A stretch of DNA of 64,000 bases. Source: an uncultured virus (IMG/VR IMGVR_UViG_3300010160_000038) (Duplodnaviria > Heunggongvirae > Uroviricota > Caudoviricetes). Every line of letters starts with the position of its first letter. The first letter of the stretch is position 1. Below are positions 8,211 to 18,339 of the stretch, in pieces. A program made the translations under genes and the position numbers. Under the pieces are notes generated by a model. The model saw only the letters and a program-made list of their open reading frames with translations, was not told the DNA's origin and did no database searches. The stretch lies in IMG/VR virus record IMGVR_UViG_3300010160_000038; one strand, written 5' to 3'.

Positions 8211-9812
8211 ATGGAAAAACTGAAATTCTCAAAAGAATTAATGAATATCTTTTTGACAATGAAAGATAACAAAATTTCAAAAACACTTATTAGTATAGTA
8301 AATACTGAAAGTGTTATTAAACATAATTATATTGATATTGGTAAAACAAAGGATTTTTTAACATTCACACCTGTTGATAAAGCAAATGAAATAATTTCTA
8401 AAGGTAATCAATTATATGTAGTTGAAAATGATAATAGAAGATTGATTATAAATAGTGATAAGAATATAAATATCTTTGAAAGACTTGGTTTTGATAATAC
8501 TTCACCATTGGCATATAATGTTTCAAATGGTGAATATGGATATATTTTAGCTGAGGCAAAATCTAATATATCAGATAATGTTTATATTCTTTTTAAAAAT
8601 GAGGGAACTGGTAAACTTGGTGTTATAAATAAAGAGGGTGTTTATAAGGTTTATAATGAAAACACTGTCAAATCAAGTATTTGGTATGATTCTAATTATA
8701 CACCTATTGATGTAAATTTCAATAGAAATAATATTAAAATTGGTAAATTGATTAGAATATTACTATCTAGTCAAATAAGTGTTAGTGATTCAGAATTAGA
8801 AGAGTTTGTAAATCTATATAAATCAACTTATGATATTGTTTCTAATGTTATGTCAAGATTTGATGTAGTTAGTGGTGATGATATTAAAAAGTGGTATAAA
8901 AATGAAAATTATTATGATAATGAATCATCCGGAACATTGAACAACTCTTGTATGTCTAAATCACCAGATGATTATTTTAACATTTATTCTAATAATTCTA
9001 ATGTTAAAATGTTAATTCTTTATGCTGATGGTGGTGAAATCATTGATGGTGTTTATAAATCAGATAAAATTAAAGGAAGAGCTATTTTATGGGATTGTTT
9101 ATTAGATGATGTTCCTGGTAAATTTATGGATAGAATTTACACAAGATATGACAGTGATGTGAAGTTGTTTAAAAATTGGGCTGAAGAAAATGATTATTGG
9201 GTTAAAGAAGACCAAAATACACACACAGGTTGTAATTTAATAAAAGGTGGTAAAAAGATAAAACCAATTATTGTAGTAAAATTAGAAAATGCTAAATTGG
9301 ATTATTACCCATATATGGATACACTTTGTTATGTTAATATTGATAATAATACTTGTTCTAACAGTACAAGAACCATTAGAACAACTAGAAATACAAATGG
9401 TAGATGGGAAAATTATTATGAAGAAGTTGGTCAATATGAAGAGGAAGAGAGTGAACCGGAACCATTTCCAGGATTAGAAGAAATCAGTGAAGTAGAAATG
9501 CCCAATGACCCACTAATTCAAGTTGGACGTAGATTGAGAACAAGAAGCTATGGTGTAAATTACCACACATATGGGCATATTTATCAAGAAGATAATGACA
9601 TTTTAACTGATGGGGGTAGAGAAATTAATCAAGCTGAAGAAAATATTTCAGACTCTGAACAATTTGGAAATGGTAATGACGTTTTAACTGATGTACTACA
9701 ACGCTACATTTCTGTAGATATGGGTGTTTCTGAGCCTATGAATGATGGTAATGTTGTTCAGAATCAAAATGAAGAAGAGGATAATCTTTCAGACGAGCTG
9801 TTATCATTTTAA
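8211..9812 (+). CDS. SCM/GRA.LW/MDRIY/YPYMDT family protein, copy 1 (acidic tail)
   Basis: GTLNNSCM, GRAILW, FMDRIY, YPYMDT shared with three other ORFs in the window. Confidence 0.8.
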   Translation: MEKLKFSKELMNIFLTMKDNKISKTLISIVNTESVIKHNYIDIGKTKDFLTFTPVDKANEIISKGNQLYVVENDNRRLIINSDKNINIFERLGFDNTSPLAYNVSNGEYGYILAEAKSNISDNVYILFKNEGTGKLGVINKEGVYKVYNENTVKSSIWYDSNYTPIDVNFNRNNIKIGKLIRILLSSQISVSDSELEEFVNLYKSTYDIVSNVMSRFDVVSGDDIKKWYKNENYYDNESSGTLNNSCMSKSPDDYFNIYSNNSNVKMLILYADGGEIIDGVYKSDKIKGRAILWDCLLDDVPGKFMDRIYTRYDSDVKLFKNWAEENDYWVKEDQNTHTGCNLIKGGKKIKPIIVVKLENAKLDYYPYMDTLCYVNIDNNTCSNSTRTIRTTRNTNGRWENYYEEVGQYEEEESEPEPFPGLEEISEVEMPNDPLIQVGRRLRTRSYGVNYHTYGHIYQEDNDILTDGGREINQAEENISDSEQFGNGNDVLTDVLQRYISVDMGVSEPMNDGNVVQNQNEEEDNLSDELLSF

Positions 9813-9814
9813 AT

Positions 9815-9845
9815 AAAAAAAGATAGCTAAATGCTATCTTTTTTT
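9815..9845. terminator. Bidirectional terminator
   Basis: AAAGATAGC-TAAAT-GCTATCTTT with A/T tracts. Confidence 0.8.
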
Positions 9846-9985
9846 ATGTTTTTTAATTTTAATTTGTTTTTATTATCAATTTTATTGATAATTTTCATTT
9901 TAACATTTTCTTTACCAACTGAAACCAATTCTGGACCACAAGATGAAACTGAAAATATAATTAAGGTGAATAATAAATTTCTCAT
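9827..9985 (-). CDS. Small lipoprotein, 52 aa (MRNLLFTLIIFSVSSCGPE...)
   Basis: Hand-translated; hydrophobic signal then lipobox VSS-C. Confidence 0.6.
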   Translation of the reverse strand: MRNLLFTLIIFSVSSCGPELVSVGKENVKMKIINKIDNKNKLKLKNIKKDSI

Positions 9986-10003
9986 ATGTTAATTTATTTT
10001 TTT

Positions 10004-10417
10004 TTAAATAAAGATAATTGCTATATTAATAACTTTATCTTTTTTAATATTATTTAATTTTCTTTGCCAATTTGATATAGATGATTTTTCACTATTTAAA
10101 TCATTTCCTGGTTCATATTCATAAGTTATTATTATTAAATCTAATTTTAATTTTAATTTTTTTTCAATATTTGTTATGGCATCATCTAATTCATTTTCCA
10201 TCTTATTATTAATTTCAAAAGATGGTGTTATATTAAAACCACTTAAAGAAAATTCTTCACCTAGATTTATATCAATTCTGATAGAATTATCTTTAGTGTC
10301 TGATATATTTACTAAATATTTTTGATCTATATCAAAGCAATCTAAAATATCTTTATCAATAATTTCTATTGATTTACTTTCTTTTATAAAGGAATTATAT
10401 TTTTTAACATATTTCAT
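10004..10417 (-). CDS. Hypothetical protein with CTS-like leader (MKYVKKYNSFIKES)
   Basis: ORF; TAATATATA upstream. Confidence 0.65.
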   Translation of the reverse strand: MKYVKKYNSFIKESKSIEIIDKDILDCFDIDQKYLVNISDTKDNSIRIDINLGEEFSLSGFNITPSFEINNKMENELDDAITNIEKKLKLKLDLIIITYEYEPGNDLNSEKSSISNWQRKLNNIKKDKVINIAIIFI

Positions 10418-10504
10418 AAAGTATATATTATATTTTTATATTCATTTATATAAACAATTAAAAAAAATTAACTATATTTGTTATATAAATATAAAAAAAA
10501 AATT

Positions 10505-12070
10505 ATGAACTTTTTAGAAATTTATTATACAGATGTGTATAAAACAGGGCATAAACCAATGTTGCCAGTTGGTAGTGTATTAATGCAATCAAATTTCACA
10601 CCTAGAAGTGGTAAACATAGTAACTGTCCAAACAATGGTAAAGTTGTTTCTATTGGTCAACAAATGATGGTGCGTAAAATGAAACACGATTGGGATGTTA
10701 ATTTTTTCCAGAGACCTATTGAAGAAATTGATCAATTTGGAAAAGATTTAACAGATATGTTAATGTTAAGTGAGCCATTTAATGTTGATCATTTTAAAGA
10801 ATTGCACAAATTGGGTTATTTGCCAATTGAATTTAGAGCAATAACAGAAGGTGAGAGAATTCCTTATAAAATTCCATTATCAACTATTGTAAATACTAAA
10901 CCATTGAATGGTCAAGTTTTTGATTGGTTAGTTAACTATTTGGAAACTATTAATTCTGCTGAATCTTGGCAGGCACCAACTTCAGCTACATTATCTTATT
11001 CTTTAAGAGAGTTGTCTAAAAAATGGATTACAAAAACTGATCCTGAAAATTTATGGTTTGTTGATTATCAAAATCATGATTTCTCAATGAGAGGAATGGG
11101 TGGAAAATCTTCTATTGTTAATAGTGGGTTAGGATTTGCTTCTTGTTCTAGAGGTTCTGATACATTGCCAGTTATACCAGCAGCAAGAATGTATTATGAT
11201 GAGAAAGAGGTTTGTATTAATTCTGTGATTGCTTCTGAACATGCAATTATGTGTTCATTAACAGGTTTCTTCATTAAAACTAAAGATGGTTCTTGGGATA
11301 AGATTGGTAATTTCGAGGTTGAAACTTTTAGATATTTATTAAAAACTTTCCCAACTGGTATTTTATCATTAGTTTCTGACACTTGGGATTTATGGAGAGT
11401 TCTTACTGAGTATTGTCAAGTATTAAAAGAGGAAATTCTAGCAAGAGATGGTAAATTGGTAATTCGCCCTGATTCTGGTGATCCTGTTGATATTATTTGT
11501 GGGAATTCTCATACATTTGGAGAAGGTGATTCATATGAGGCTAAAGGTGTGATTGAATTGCTTTGGGATATCTTTGGTGGAACAACCACTTCAACTGGAT
11601 ATAAAAAATTAGATTCTCATATTGGGGCAATTTATGGCGACTCGATCAACTATACAAGAGCTGAAAATATTTATGAAAGATTGTCACAAAAAGGTTTTGC
11701 CACTACTAATATTGTCTTAGGAGTAGGTTCATATTCACTGCAGATGGTAACAAGAGACACACATGGTATGGCACAAAAAGCTACATATATTGAAATTGAT
11801 GTTAATGGTGATGTTGAAGGTATTAATATTTTTAAAGATCCAATTACTGATGATGGGACTAAAAAATCAGCAACTGGTTTGATTAAAGTTGTTAAGCAAG
11901 ATTGTGGATTTATTTTAAAGGATAGATGTTCTTGGGATGAAGTAAATTCTGATGATAATGAATTAAAAGTAATCTTTAAAGATGGTGAGTTTTTTAATCA
12001 AACTACATTAACTGAAATTAGAACTAGATTGGAAAATAAAGTTGAAGAAAAAGAATATTCTATTGCATAA
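10505..12070 (+). CDS. nadV: Nicotinamide phosphoribosyltransferase (NAMPT/NadV family)
   Basis: TDVYKTGH, HDFSMRG, GSDT, ASEH, VSDTWD, VIRPDSGDP, IYGDSI, TRDT, KDPITDDGTKKS; ATG 10505 preferred over TTG 10478. Confidence 0.93.
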   Translation: MNFLEIYYTDVYKTGHKPMLPVGSVLMQSNFTPRSGKHSNCPNNGKVVSIGQQMMVRKMKHDWDVNFFQRPIEEIDQFGKDLTDMLMLSEPFNVDHFKELHKLGYLPIEFRAITEGERIPYKIPLSTIVNTKPLNGQVFDWLVNYLETINSAESWQAPTSATLSYSLRELSKKWITKTDPENLWFVDYQNHDFSMRGMGGKSSIVNSGLGFASCSRGSDTLPVIPAARMYYDEKEVCINSVIASEHAIMCSLTGFFIKTKDGSWDKIGNFEVETFRYLLKTFPTGILSLVSDTWDLWRVLTEYCQVLKEEILARDGKLVIRPDSGDPVDIICGNSHTFGEGDSYEAKGVIELLWDIFGGTTTSTGYKKLDSHIGAIYGDSINYTRAENIYERLSQKGFATTNIVLGVGSYSLQMVTRDTHGMAQKATYIEIDVNGDVEGINIFKDPITDDGTKKSATGLIKVVKQDCGFILKDRCSWDEVNSDDNELKVIFKDGEFFNQTTLTEIRTRLENKVEEKEYSIA

Positions 12071-12088
12071 TTAAATTATATAATAGTT

Positions 12089-12119
12089 AAAACCCTAGTT
12101 TTTCAGACTAGGGTTTTTT
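12089..12119 (+). terminator. Intrinsic terminator
   Basis: AAACCCTAGT..ACTAGGGTTTTTT. Confidence 0.8.
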
Positions 12120-12147
12120 ATTTTAAATTATTTTTAATATATATCAT

Positions 12148-12714
12148 ATGAAAAATATAAAATCATTTAGTGAATATTCAGAAGAATTAAATTATCATTT
12201 GGATAATTTTCTACCAATTACAGAAAATATATTTAGATCAGGTTCGGATAAATTTTTATCTGTTATAAAAGAAGCTAGAGAGAATTTTGATAATAAAAGT
12301 ATAAAACTGTCTGATGTAGATTTTAAGTTGTTTAAATCAACTGATATAGGTTTATTTGAAGAGTATAATGGTGAATTAGTACCATTAGATTTACCATTTG
12401 AAGTTATTGAAAATTTAAATGAAGCTGAATATAAAGGTAAAGAAGTTGAATTAAATCATCCAATGAGAGGTGGTTCTAAAAAATACTATGTATATGTTAA
12501 AAATCCAAAAACTGGTAAAATTAAAAAAATATCATTTGGTGATGTTCATGGTGGATTAAAAGCAAAAGTTTCTGATCCAAAAGCAAGAAAAGCATTTGCT
12601 GCTAGGCATCAATGCCATTTGAAGAAAGATAAAATGACCAGTGGTTACTGGGCCTGTCGTTTAAACCGCTATGGTTATCTATTTAATAATAAGACATATC
12701 CAGGATATTGGTAA
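12148..12714 (+). CDS. Conserved phage protein with CTS-like leader
   Basis: KKYYVYVKNP, ARKAFAARH.C, GYWACR motifs. Confidence 0.75.
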   Translation: MKNIKSFSEYSEELNYHLDNFLPITENIFRSGSDKFLSVIKEARENFDNKSIKLSDVDFKLFKSTDIGLFEEYNGELVPLDLPFEVIENLNEAEYKGKEVELNHPMRGGSKKYYVYVKNPKTGKIKKISFGDVHGGLKAKVSDPKARKAFAARHQCHLKKDKMTSGYWACRLNRYGYLFNNKTYPGYW

Positions 12715-12724
12715 TCAGATAGTT

Positions 12725-12994
12725 ATGAATAATATTTTACCATTTAATGAAAAGGAAATATCTAATAATGTTTTTATTAGAGAATTTTCTCAAAATATAA
12801 ATAGTCAAGATTTGACATGGCATATTGATCCAGAAGATAGGATTATTGAGCCATTATATGAAACAGATTGGTTATTTCAATTTGATAATGAATTGCCAAT
12901 TAGAATATTTGAACAGATTAGAATACCAAAAGGTGTCTATCATAGAATTATAAAAGGTTCGGATAATTTAGTTATAAGGGTTATAAAATTATAA
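12725..12994 (+). CDS. Small cupin-like protein
   Basis: WHIDPEDR..WLFQFDNELP..IPKGVYHRIIKG; ATG 12725. Confidence 0.65.
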   Translation: MNNILPFNEKEISNNVFIREFSQNINSQDLTWHIDPEDRIIEPLYETDWLFQFDNELPIRIFEQIRIPKGVYHRIIKGSDNLVIRVIKL

Positions 12995-12995
12995 T

Positions 12996-14411
12996 TTAAC
13001 TACAATTAGGGCAACTAACATAACGATTTCCACCACAATCACTACATTCTTCAGAACCATCACCACCACATCTATTACATTCTAAATCACCATCACCATT
13101 ACATTCACTACATTCTTCACCATCAACTTTACCAGAGCCATTGCAATCATCACAATCTACTCTACCTCTTCCATCACATTCTTCACATTCAAAATAACCA
13201 TTCCCATCACAATTTTGACACTCAATTTCACCATCACCACCACATTCAACACAAGTATGATATCCTTCTGTTGATTCTAAAGTATAACATCCATAAAGGG
13301 ATGATAATCTTCCAGAATTTGGGTCATAATACTTTAATGTATCCATATATGGGTAATATTCAAAATAGCAATTATCTAAAACAACATATATTTCATCTCT
13401 ATATTGTGATAAAATTTCACCTTTATATTCAACTCCATTATTTAATTTATAGGCAAAATTGTTTTTTCTAGCATATTCTAAAAATAATTCTTCATCCGGT
13501 GAATTATTTACATAAATTCTATCCATAAATTTACCATCGATAGATCGAAAGTTCCCATTGGATGATGATTTTGCATTCCACAATAAAGCTCTACCACATA
13601 TTTTAGAAGAATCTTCATCTGATCTTAATATTAATAATTTTACACTATCTGGATTATCAACATATATATCTAAATATTCTTGACAACCATCATATCTCAT
13701 GCAAGAATTTCCAAGAGTGTGTTTTTCAGATTCATAATTATCTTTAAGGTAGTAGTGTCTAATATCTTCCCCTTCTACTAATTCAAATCTTGAAAAAACA
13801 TTACCTAGTTTAGAAACTTCAGTTTTGTATTTATTTACAAATTCTTCAATTTTAGTATTATCTAATTTATTATCAGATTTATCTAAAAGTGATTTCACAA
13901 ATCTACCAACTTTTAAATTGGTTGGTTTTAATATATCTTTACCAAATTCTAAAGATTCTTTATTTAATATTGCATTATATGTTTCACCATCTTTTCTCCA
14001 CTCTAATAAAAAAATTTCTGTTTCAGTATAAAAATGTTCTTTAGTAGTTCTTTTATCTATTATCTTAACAATTAAACCTTCTTCTAATTTTCCAAAATTT
14101 GTTTTATGATTTTTAAAAAAGTTTTCAAAATGTTTTGATAAATTGTTAACATATAAAACTTTAGCATAATTATTTATTTTATCATCAGGTCTATAAGTTA
14201 TCATATCATTTTTATCACGATTGATATCAATATAATTTGTATTTACATCAACATCTTTATCAACCAAATCTAATAATATTTTACTTATAGGAGAATCTAT
14301 ATTAGTTAAAACTTCTTTAAATTTAGCTGAGAAGTTAATTTTAGCTTCTAATAAAATATCATATTTTTCACTTACTGATTCTAAAAAATCATTATACTTT
14401 TTTAATTTCAT
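12996..14411 (-). CDS. SCM family copy 2 with C-terminal CxxCxGxG zinc-finger repeats
   Basis: LGNSCMRY, GRALLW, FMDRIY, YPYMDT; about 7 CxxCxGxG-type repeats; CTS-like leader. Confidence 0.8.
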   Translation of the reverse strand: MKLKKYNDFLESVSEKYDILLEAKINFSAKFKEVLTNIDSPISKILLDLVDKDVDVNTNYIDINRDKNDMITYRPDDKINNYAKVLYVNNLSKHFENFFKNHKTNFGKLEEGLIVKIIDKRTTKEHFYTETEIFLLEWRKDGETYNAILNKESLEFGKDILKPTNLKVGRFVKSLLDKSDNKLDNTKIEEFVNKYKTEVSKLGNVFSRFELVEGEDIRHYYLKDNYESEKHTLGNSCMRYDGCQEYLDIYVDNPDSVKLLILRSDEDSSKICGRALLWNAKSSSNGNFRSIDGKFMDRIYVNNSPDEELFLEYARKNNFAYKLNNGVEYKGEILSQYRDEIYVVLDNCYFEYYPYMDTLKYYDPNSGRLSSLYGCYTLESTEGYHTCVECGGDGEIECQNCDGNGYFECEECDGRGRVDCDDCNGSGKVDGEECSECNGDGDLECNRCGGDGSEECSDCGGNRYVSCPNCS

Positions 14412-14414
14412 AAT

Positions 14415-14822
14415 TTAATTTAATTTTAGTTTAAAATTTAAAAACCATTTTATATGTTCTTCCAAATCTCGATTGTATTTACCAAATGTTCCTTTGTTTA
14501 ATTCACGGAAATTAGTCCATTTAACAACACCTTTTTCATTAGTTGATATAATCCCTTCCCATTTTGTTATTAGATAAACCATGGCAAAATATTCGTTATC
14601 TTCTTTATAAAAAAAAGGAAATCCTTCTTTTATTATAAGACCAGTTTCTTCATAAACTTCTCTAACCATTCCATTATACAATGTTTCACCTTGATCAATT
14701 TTGCCACCTGGCATTCCCATATCATTAGGATTGTCTTTTCTTGAGACACCTAACACTGGTGAAGTGAATAAGCCATCTTTATATATCAAAGCAATTGCTG
14801 CTAATTTACTAGTTCTAGTCAT
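14415..14822 (-). CDS. Nudix hydrolase
   Basis: PGGKIDQGE..REVYEETGL Nudix box. Confidence 0.9.
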   Translation of the reverse strand: MTRTSKLAAIALIYKDGLFTSPVLGVSRKDNPNDMGMPGGKIDQGETLYNGMVREVYEETGLIIKEGFPFFYKEDNEYFAMVYLITKWEGIISTNEKGVVKWTNFRELNKGTFGKYNRDLEEHIKWFLNFKLKLN

Positions 14823-14865
14823 TTGGTTTTTTAAACTTTTATAGTATATATATTATATAAATAAT

Positions 14866-15120
14866 ATGGTTTTTGGAAAAATATTAAATTCACTCACTAT
14901 AAAAGCAGATAAAGCTAATCATTTTATATGGGGTTTAATTGTTTTTTATATAGGAGTTTTTATAACTAATATATTTTATGGTGCTATTATCTGTGTAGTG
15001 ATTTCTTTTTTAAAAGAAGTATATGATTATTATTCACCTATTCATAAATTTGATTGGTTGGATTTTATTTGGTCTATAATAGGTGGTATTTTTGGTTTGA
15101 TAGGAGTTTATATAAAATGA
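14866..15120 (+). CDS. Small membrane protein
   Basis: DKANHF, hydrophobic helices, KEVYD, FDWLDF. Confidence 0.65.
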   Translation: MVFGKILNSLTIKADKANHFIWGLIVFYIGVFITNIFYGAIICVVISFLKEVYDYYSPIHKFDWLDFIWSIIGGIFGLIGVYIK

Positions 15121-15863
15121 AAATATCAGTAATAATGCAGTCATATTTATATGACTATCCAGGTTCAAGAAGTAATCCAGAATATAAATTTATAAGAGCT
15201 GTTAATAGTTTTTTAGAACAAACTTATATAGATAGTGAATTAGTAATAGTTTCAGATGGTTGTGATATAACCAAAAGATTATACAATGAAAACTTTTATA
15301 AAAATTCTAGAATAAAATTCTTTTATATTGAAAAAAGTGAATCACATATGTATAAAAGTGATAATAATTCTATTTATTATAGAGGATTTCCAAGACAAAT
15401 TGGTAGATTAAATTCAACAGGTGAAATTGTTACTTATATGGATTCAGATGATTTTATAATTCCTGAATATTTAGAGAATTTAATGTATTATTGGAATAAT
15501 AATTCTAGTTTAGATTGGATTATTAATAAAATGTGGTATGATAATATTTATATTAAAGAAAATCCAACTTTAGGCTATTATGATATATGGGAAACACATG
15601 AAACAGTTATACCAATTAATATAGAAGGTTTAGATAGTTTGTGGTTATCAAGTAAAGTTAAAAATGGTGTTGTTATGTCACCAGCTTTGTTATCACATAA
15701 AAATAATTGTTTAGTTCAATGGAATGATGTTTTATCTAATGGAACTATCAGTGAAGATAGTGATTTTAATAAAAAATTAAGAGAAATGTATCCAACAACA
15801 GGGGCTTTGATTGAATATCCAGGATATGTTAGATGTCATCTAAAAGATAGATGGGATTTATGA
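15117..15863 (+). CDS. Glycosyltransferase family 2
   Basis: ISVIM, ELVIVSDG, YMDSDD, SEDSDF; ATG 15117 overlaps the previous stop. Confidence 0.85.
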   Translation: MKISVIMQSYLYDYPGSRSNPEYKFIRAVNSFLEQTYIDSELVIVSDGCDITKRLYNENFYKNSRIKFFYIEKSESHMYKSDNNSIYYRGFPRQIGRLNSTGEIVTYMDSDDFIIPEYLENLMYYWNNNSSLDWIINKMWYDNIYIKENPTLGYYDIWETHETVIPINIEGLDSLWLSSKVKNGVVMSPALLSHKNNCLVQWNDVLSNGTISEDSDFNKKLREMYPTTGALIEYPGYVRCHLKDRWDL

Positions 15864-15909
15864 TTTAAAATATTTAAATATTATTACAAAATAATACCCA
15901 TATATGCTT

Positions 15910-17183
15910 TGATAAAAGTATAAAAAGTTATAAATAATTATAACTCTAATAAACTTTTAACTCATTCATTTTATTGAACAATAGATTCTTTATAGAATCT
16001 TGGGTTAAGCAAAAACCCGACTTTTTTAAAATATTAATACAGGAATTTATATCTCTATCGATAATCATGTTTTCATAAACAAATTCTCGATTATTTAAAG
16101 AACTATCAAATTCTATATTTCCTGTTAAACAATTTATTTTAGATGTATATGCTTCATTTACTAAAATAAATTCAATACCTACATTCTTGGATTTATACTC
16201 CAAGAATGTTTTAAATCTACCTAATCCAGTGGTTGATTTACTTAATCCATTTATAAAATAGTTACTTTCTTTAATTATTGATTTTACATTTATATCACCA
16301 ACAATTAATTTACCTATATTATTTTCTAAACAAAAATCTACTACTTTTTTACTTGATTTATGTAAAAAATCTTTTTGTTTATTAACTAATTTAGATTTTT
16401 TTCTTTTTAATTTACTATTAATCTTTTTATATTTTCTAGAACCTTTCTTATATTTATCTCTATTTGCTTGTAGTTTAGATATATAATTATTTAATTTTTT
16501 TTGTTTATAATTATTTATAATTATATTTTCTTCCATTGAAGAACCAGTCAATAACCTGGAATAACCTAAATCAATACTTAAAAAATTATCTTTATTCAAT
16601 TCTTTAATTTCATTAACTTCTTGGTAAACAAATATTAAGTAATAATCATTATCTTCTTTTTTAAAAGTTATTGTTTTAATATTTTCATTTGAAATATAAT
16701 TAACATAATCTGGTAGATTGAAAATGACTTTATTTTTAGGATTATTTAAATTCAACTCAAGTGTTAAACCTTTTATTTTAAACCCCCCACAACCATTGTT
16801 ATAATCAAGCATAAAAGATGTAAAATATTTATGGCTTTTAAATTTATTAGGAAATCTAGCAGATTTATCTTTTTTCTTTAATGATAAGTAAGATTTTATA
16901 TTGTTTATAAGACTAATTGATGTATTTTGAGCTGATTTACTATTAATTGTTAAATTATTTACTGATCTGAAAAGTTTATAATTTTCGTTAATTGATTTAA
17001 AATCAAGATTATCTTTAACCTTTTCAAGTAAAAAATTATATAACAAACGATGTTCATTGGATAATGTTTCTAATATTAATTGTTGATTATAATTTAAAAA
17101 TAATTTAACTTTCTTACTTAACATAATAGTATATATTAAGATTAAGAAATTATTTTTCAACTTTTTTATAGTTTTTTATATCA
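15910..17183 (-). mobile_element. Non-autonomous TnpB-only (IS200/IS605- or IS607-related) element
   Basis: tnpB flanked by imperfect inverted ends 15910-15939 and 17148-17183; no transposase nearby. Confidence 0.5.
15946..17124 (-). CDS. tnpB: RNA-guided endonuclease TnpB family
   Basis: RLLYN, FP.KFK, SIDLG (RuvC I), DFLHK.S, IVGD (RuvC II), EAYTSK, DRDINSCINI (RuvC III); ATG 17124. Confidence 0.88.
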   Translation of the reverse strand: MLSKKVKLFLNYNQQLILETLSNEHRLLYNFLLEKVKDNLDFKSINENYKLFRSVNNLTINSKSAQNTSISLINNIKSYLSLKKKDKSARFPNKFKSHKYFTSFMLDYNNGCGGFKIKGLTLELNLNNPKNKVIFNLPDYVNYISNENIKTITFKKEDNDYYLIFVYQEVNEIKELNKDNFLSIDLGYSRLLTGSSMEENIIINNYKQKKLNNYISKLQANRDKYKKGSRKYKKINSKLKRKKSKLVNKQKDFLHKSSKKVVDFCLENNIGKLIVGDINVKSIIKESNYFINGLSKSTTGLGRFKTFLEYKSKNVGIEFILVNEAYTSKINCLTGNIEFDSSLNNREFVYENMIIDRDINSCINILKKSGFCLTQDSIKNLLFNKMNELKVY

Positions 17184-17305
17184 TCAGAATCTAATTTCTT
17201 AATGTTTATTTAGAAACATTAATTAGTTCAGAGAGTTTAATATTATAAAATATTATAAATATTTACTTTTATATATAATTTTTTATATTTTCTTATAAGA
17301 TTTTA

Positions 17306-17608
17306 TTAACAGTTTATTAAATTAAAATATCCAGATTTTATCTTTTCTTCTATTATTAGTTTTGATTTAACTTTTATTAAAAACTTAAATTCTTGATCTT
17401 TTACAATCATTGGTAATCTAATAATACCTCCAATTGGATAATCTAGTTCATTACTAGTTTCTAATATTTTAACATCTGTTAAATGCAATGTTCTATTTGG
17501 AGCCCATTCAAATTCAACAATTTCAACTTTTAAATTATTGTGAATATTATCATTAGAGATTTCTAATTTAACAATATCACCTTCTCTGTAATTGTTCCAA
17601 TCAATCAT
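17306..17608 (-). CDS. Hypothetical protein
   Basis: ORF with upstream TTAATATATA. Confidence 0.55.
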   Translation of the reverse strand: MIDWNNYREGDIVKLEISNDNIHNNLKVEIVEFEWAPNRTLHLTDVKILETSNELDYPIGGIIRLPMIVKDQEFKFLIKVKSKLIIEEKIKSGYFNLINC

Positions 17609-17674
17609 AATCTATATATTAATATGTAAATATAGTTAAAATAAACTTTTAAACCTAAAAATATTATAAATAAT

Positions 17675-18337
17675 ATGGAAAATCAAAAATGGAGTTATAA
17701 AAAAGCAGAAGATGCTTGGCAAGTTCTTAGAATTCAGGGTGAATTTATTAAAGGATTTGATGAATTATCAGAATTAGTACCTTGTATTGCTGTATTTGGA
17801 TCAGCTAGAACTAATTCTAATGATAAATATTATTTAGATGCAGAGAATTTGTCTAAATTAATTGTTAAAAATGGTTATGGTGTTATAACAGGTGGTGGTC
17901 CAGGTATTATGGAAGCTGCTAATAAAGGTGCATTTGATGTGGATGGGGTTTCAGTTGGTTTGCAAATTGAATTACCATTTGAAGCAAAGCCAAATGATTA
18001 TATAAATAAATTAGTAAATTGTAGATACTTCTTTACAAGAAAAGTTTTCTTTTTAAAATATTCCCAAGCCTTTGTTGGATATCCTGGTGGTGTTGGGACA
18101 TTAGATGAATTGTTTGAAACAATTACATTAATGCAAACTGGCCATATTAGAAAAGTTCCAATTGCTTTAGTTGGTAAAGATTATTGGAGTGGATTAATTG
18201 AATGGATTAAGAATACTATGTTAGTTGATGGTAAAATATCTAAAGAGGATTTAGATTATTTTAAGATTTTTGATTCAGGTGAAGAAGCAATTGATTATAT
18301 TTTAGAAAAAATGAATGATAATAAACCTAATTTTTAA
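17675..18337 (+). CDS. LOG family nucleotide phosphoribohydrolase (TIGR00730-like)
   Basis: VFGSAR, TGGGPGIMEAANKGA, FFTRK, PGGVGTLDE. Confidence 0.93.
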   Translation: MENQKWSYKKAEDAWQVLRIQGEFIKGFDELSELVPCIAVFGSARTNSNDKYYLDAENLSKLIVKNGYGVITGGGPGIMEAANKGAFDVDGVSVGLQIELPFEAKPNDYINKLVNCRYFFTRKVFFLKYSQAFVGYPGGVGTLDELFETITLMQTGHIRKVPIALVGKDYWSGLIEWIKNTMLVDGKISKEDLDYFKIFDSGEEAIDYILEKMNDNKPNF

Positions 18338-18339
18338 TA

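Noticed and set aside
13000..13260. DnaJ chaperone call from CxxCxGxG repeats
   Set aside because: No J domain or HPD motif; the repeats are the tail of an SCM-family protein
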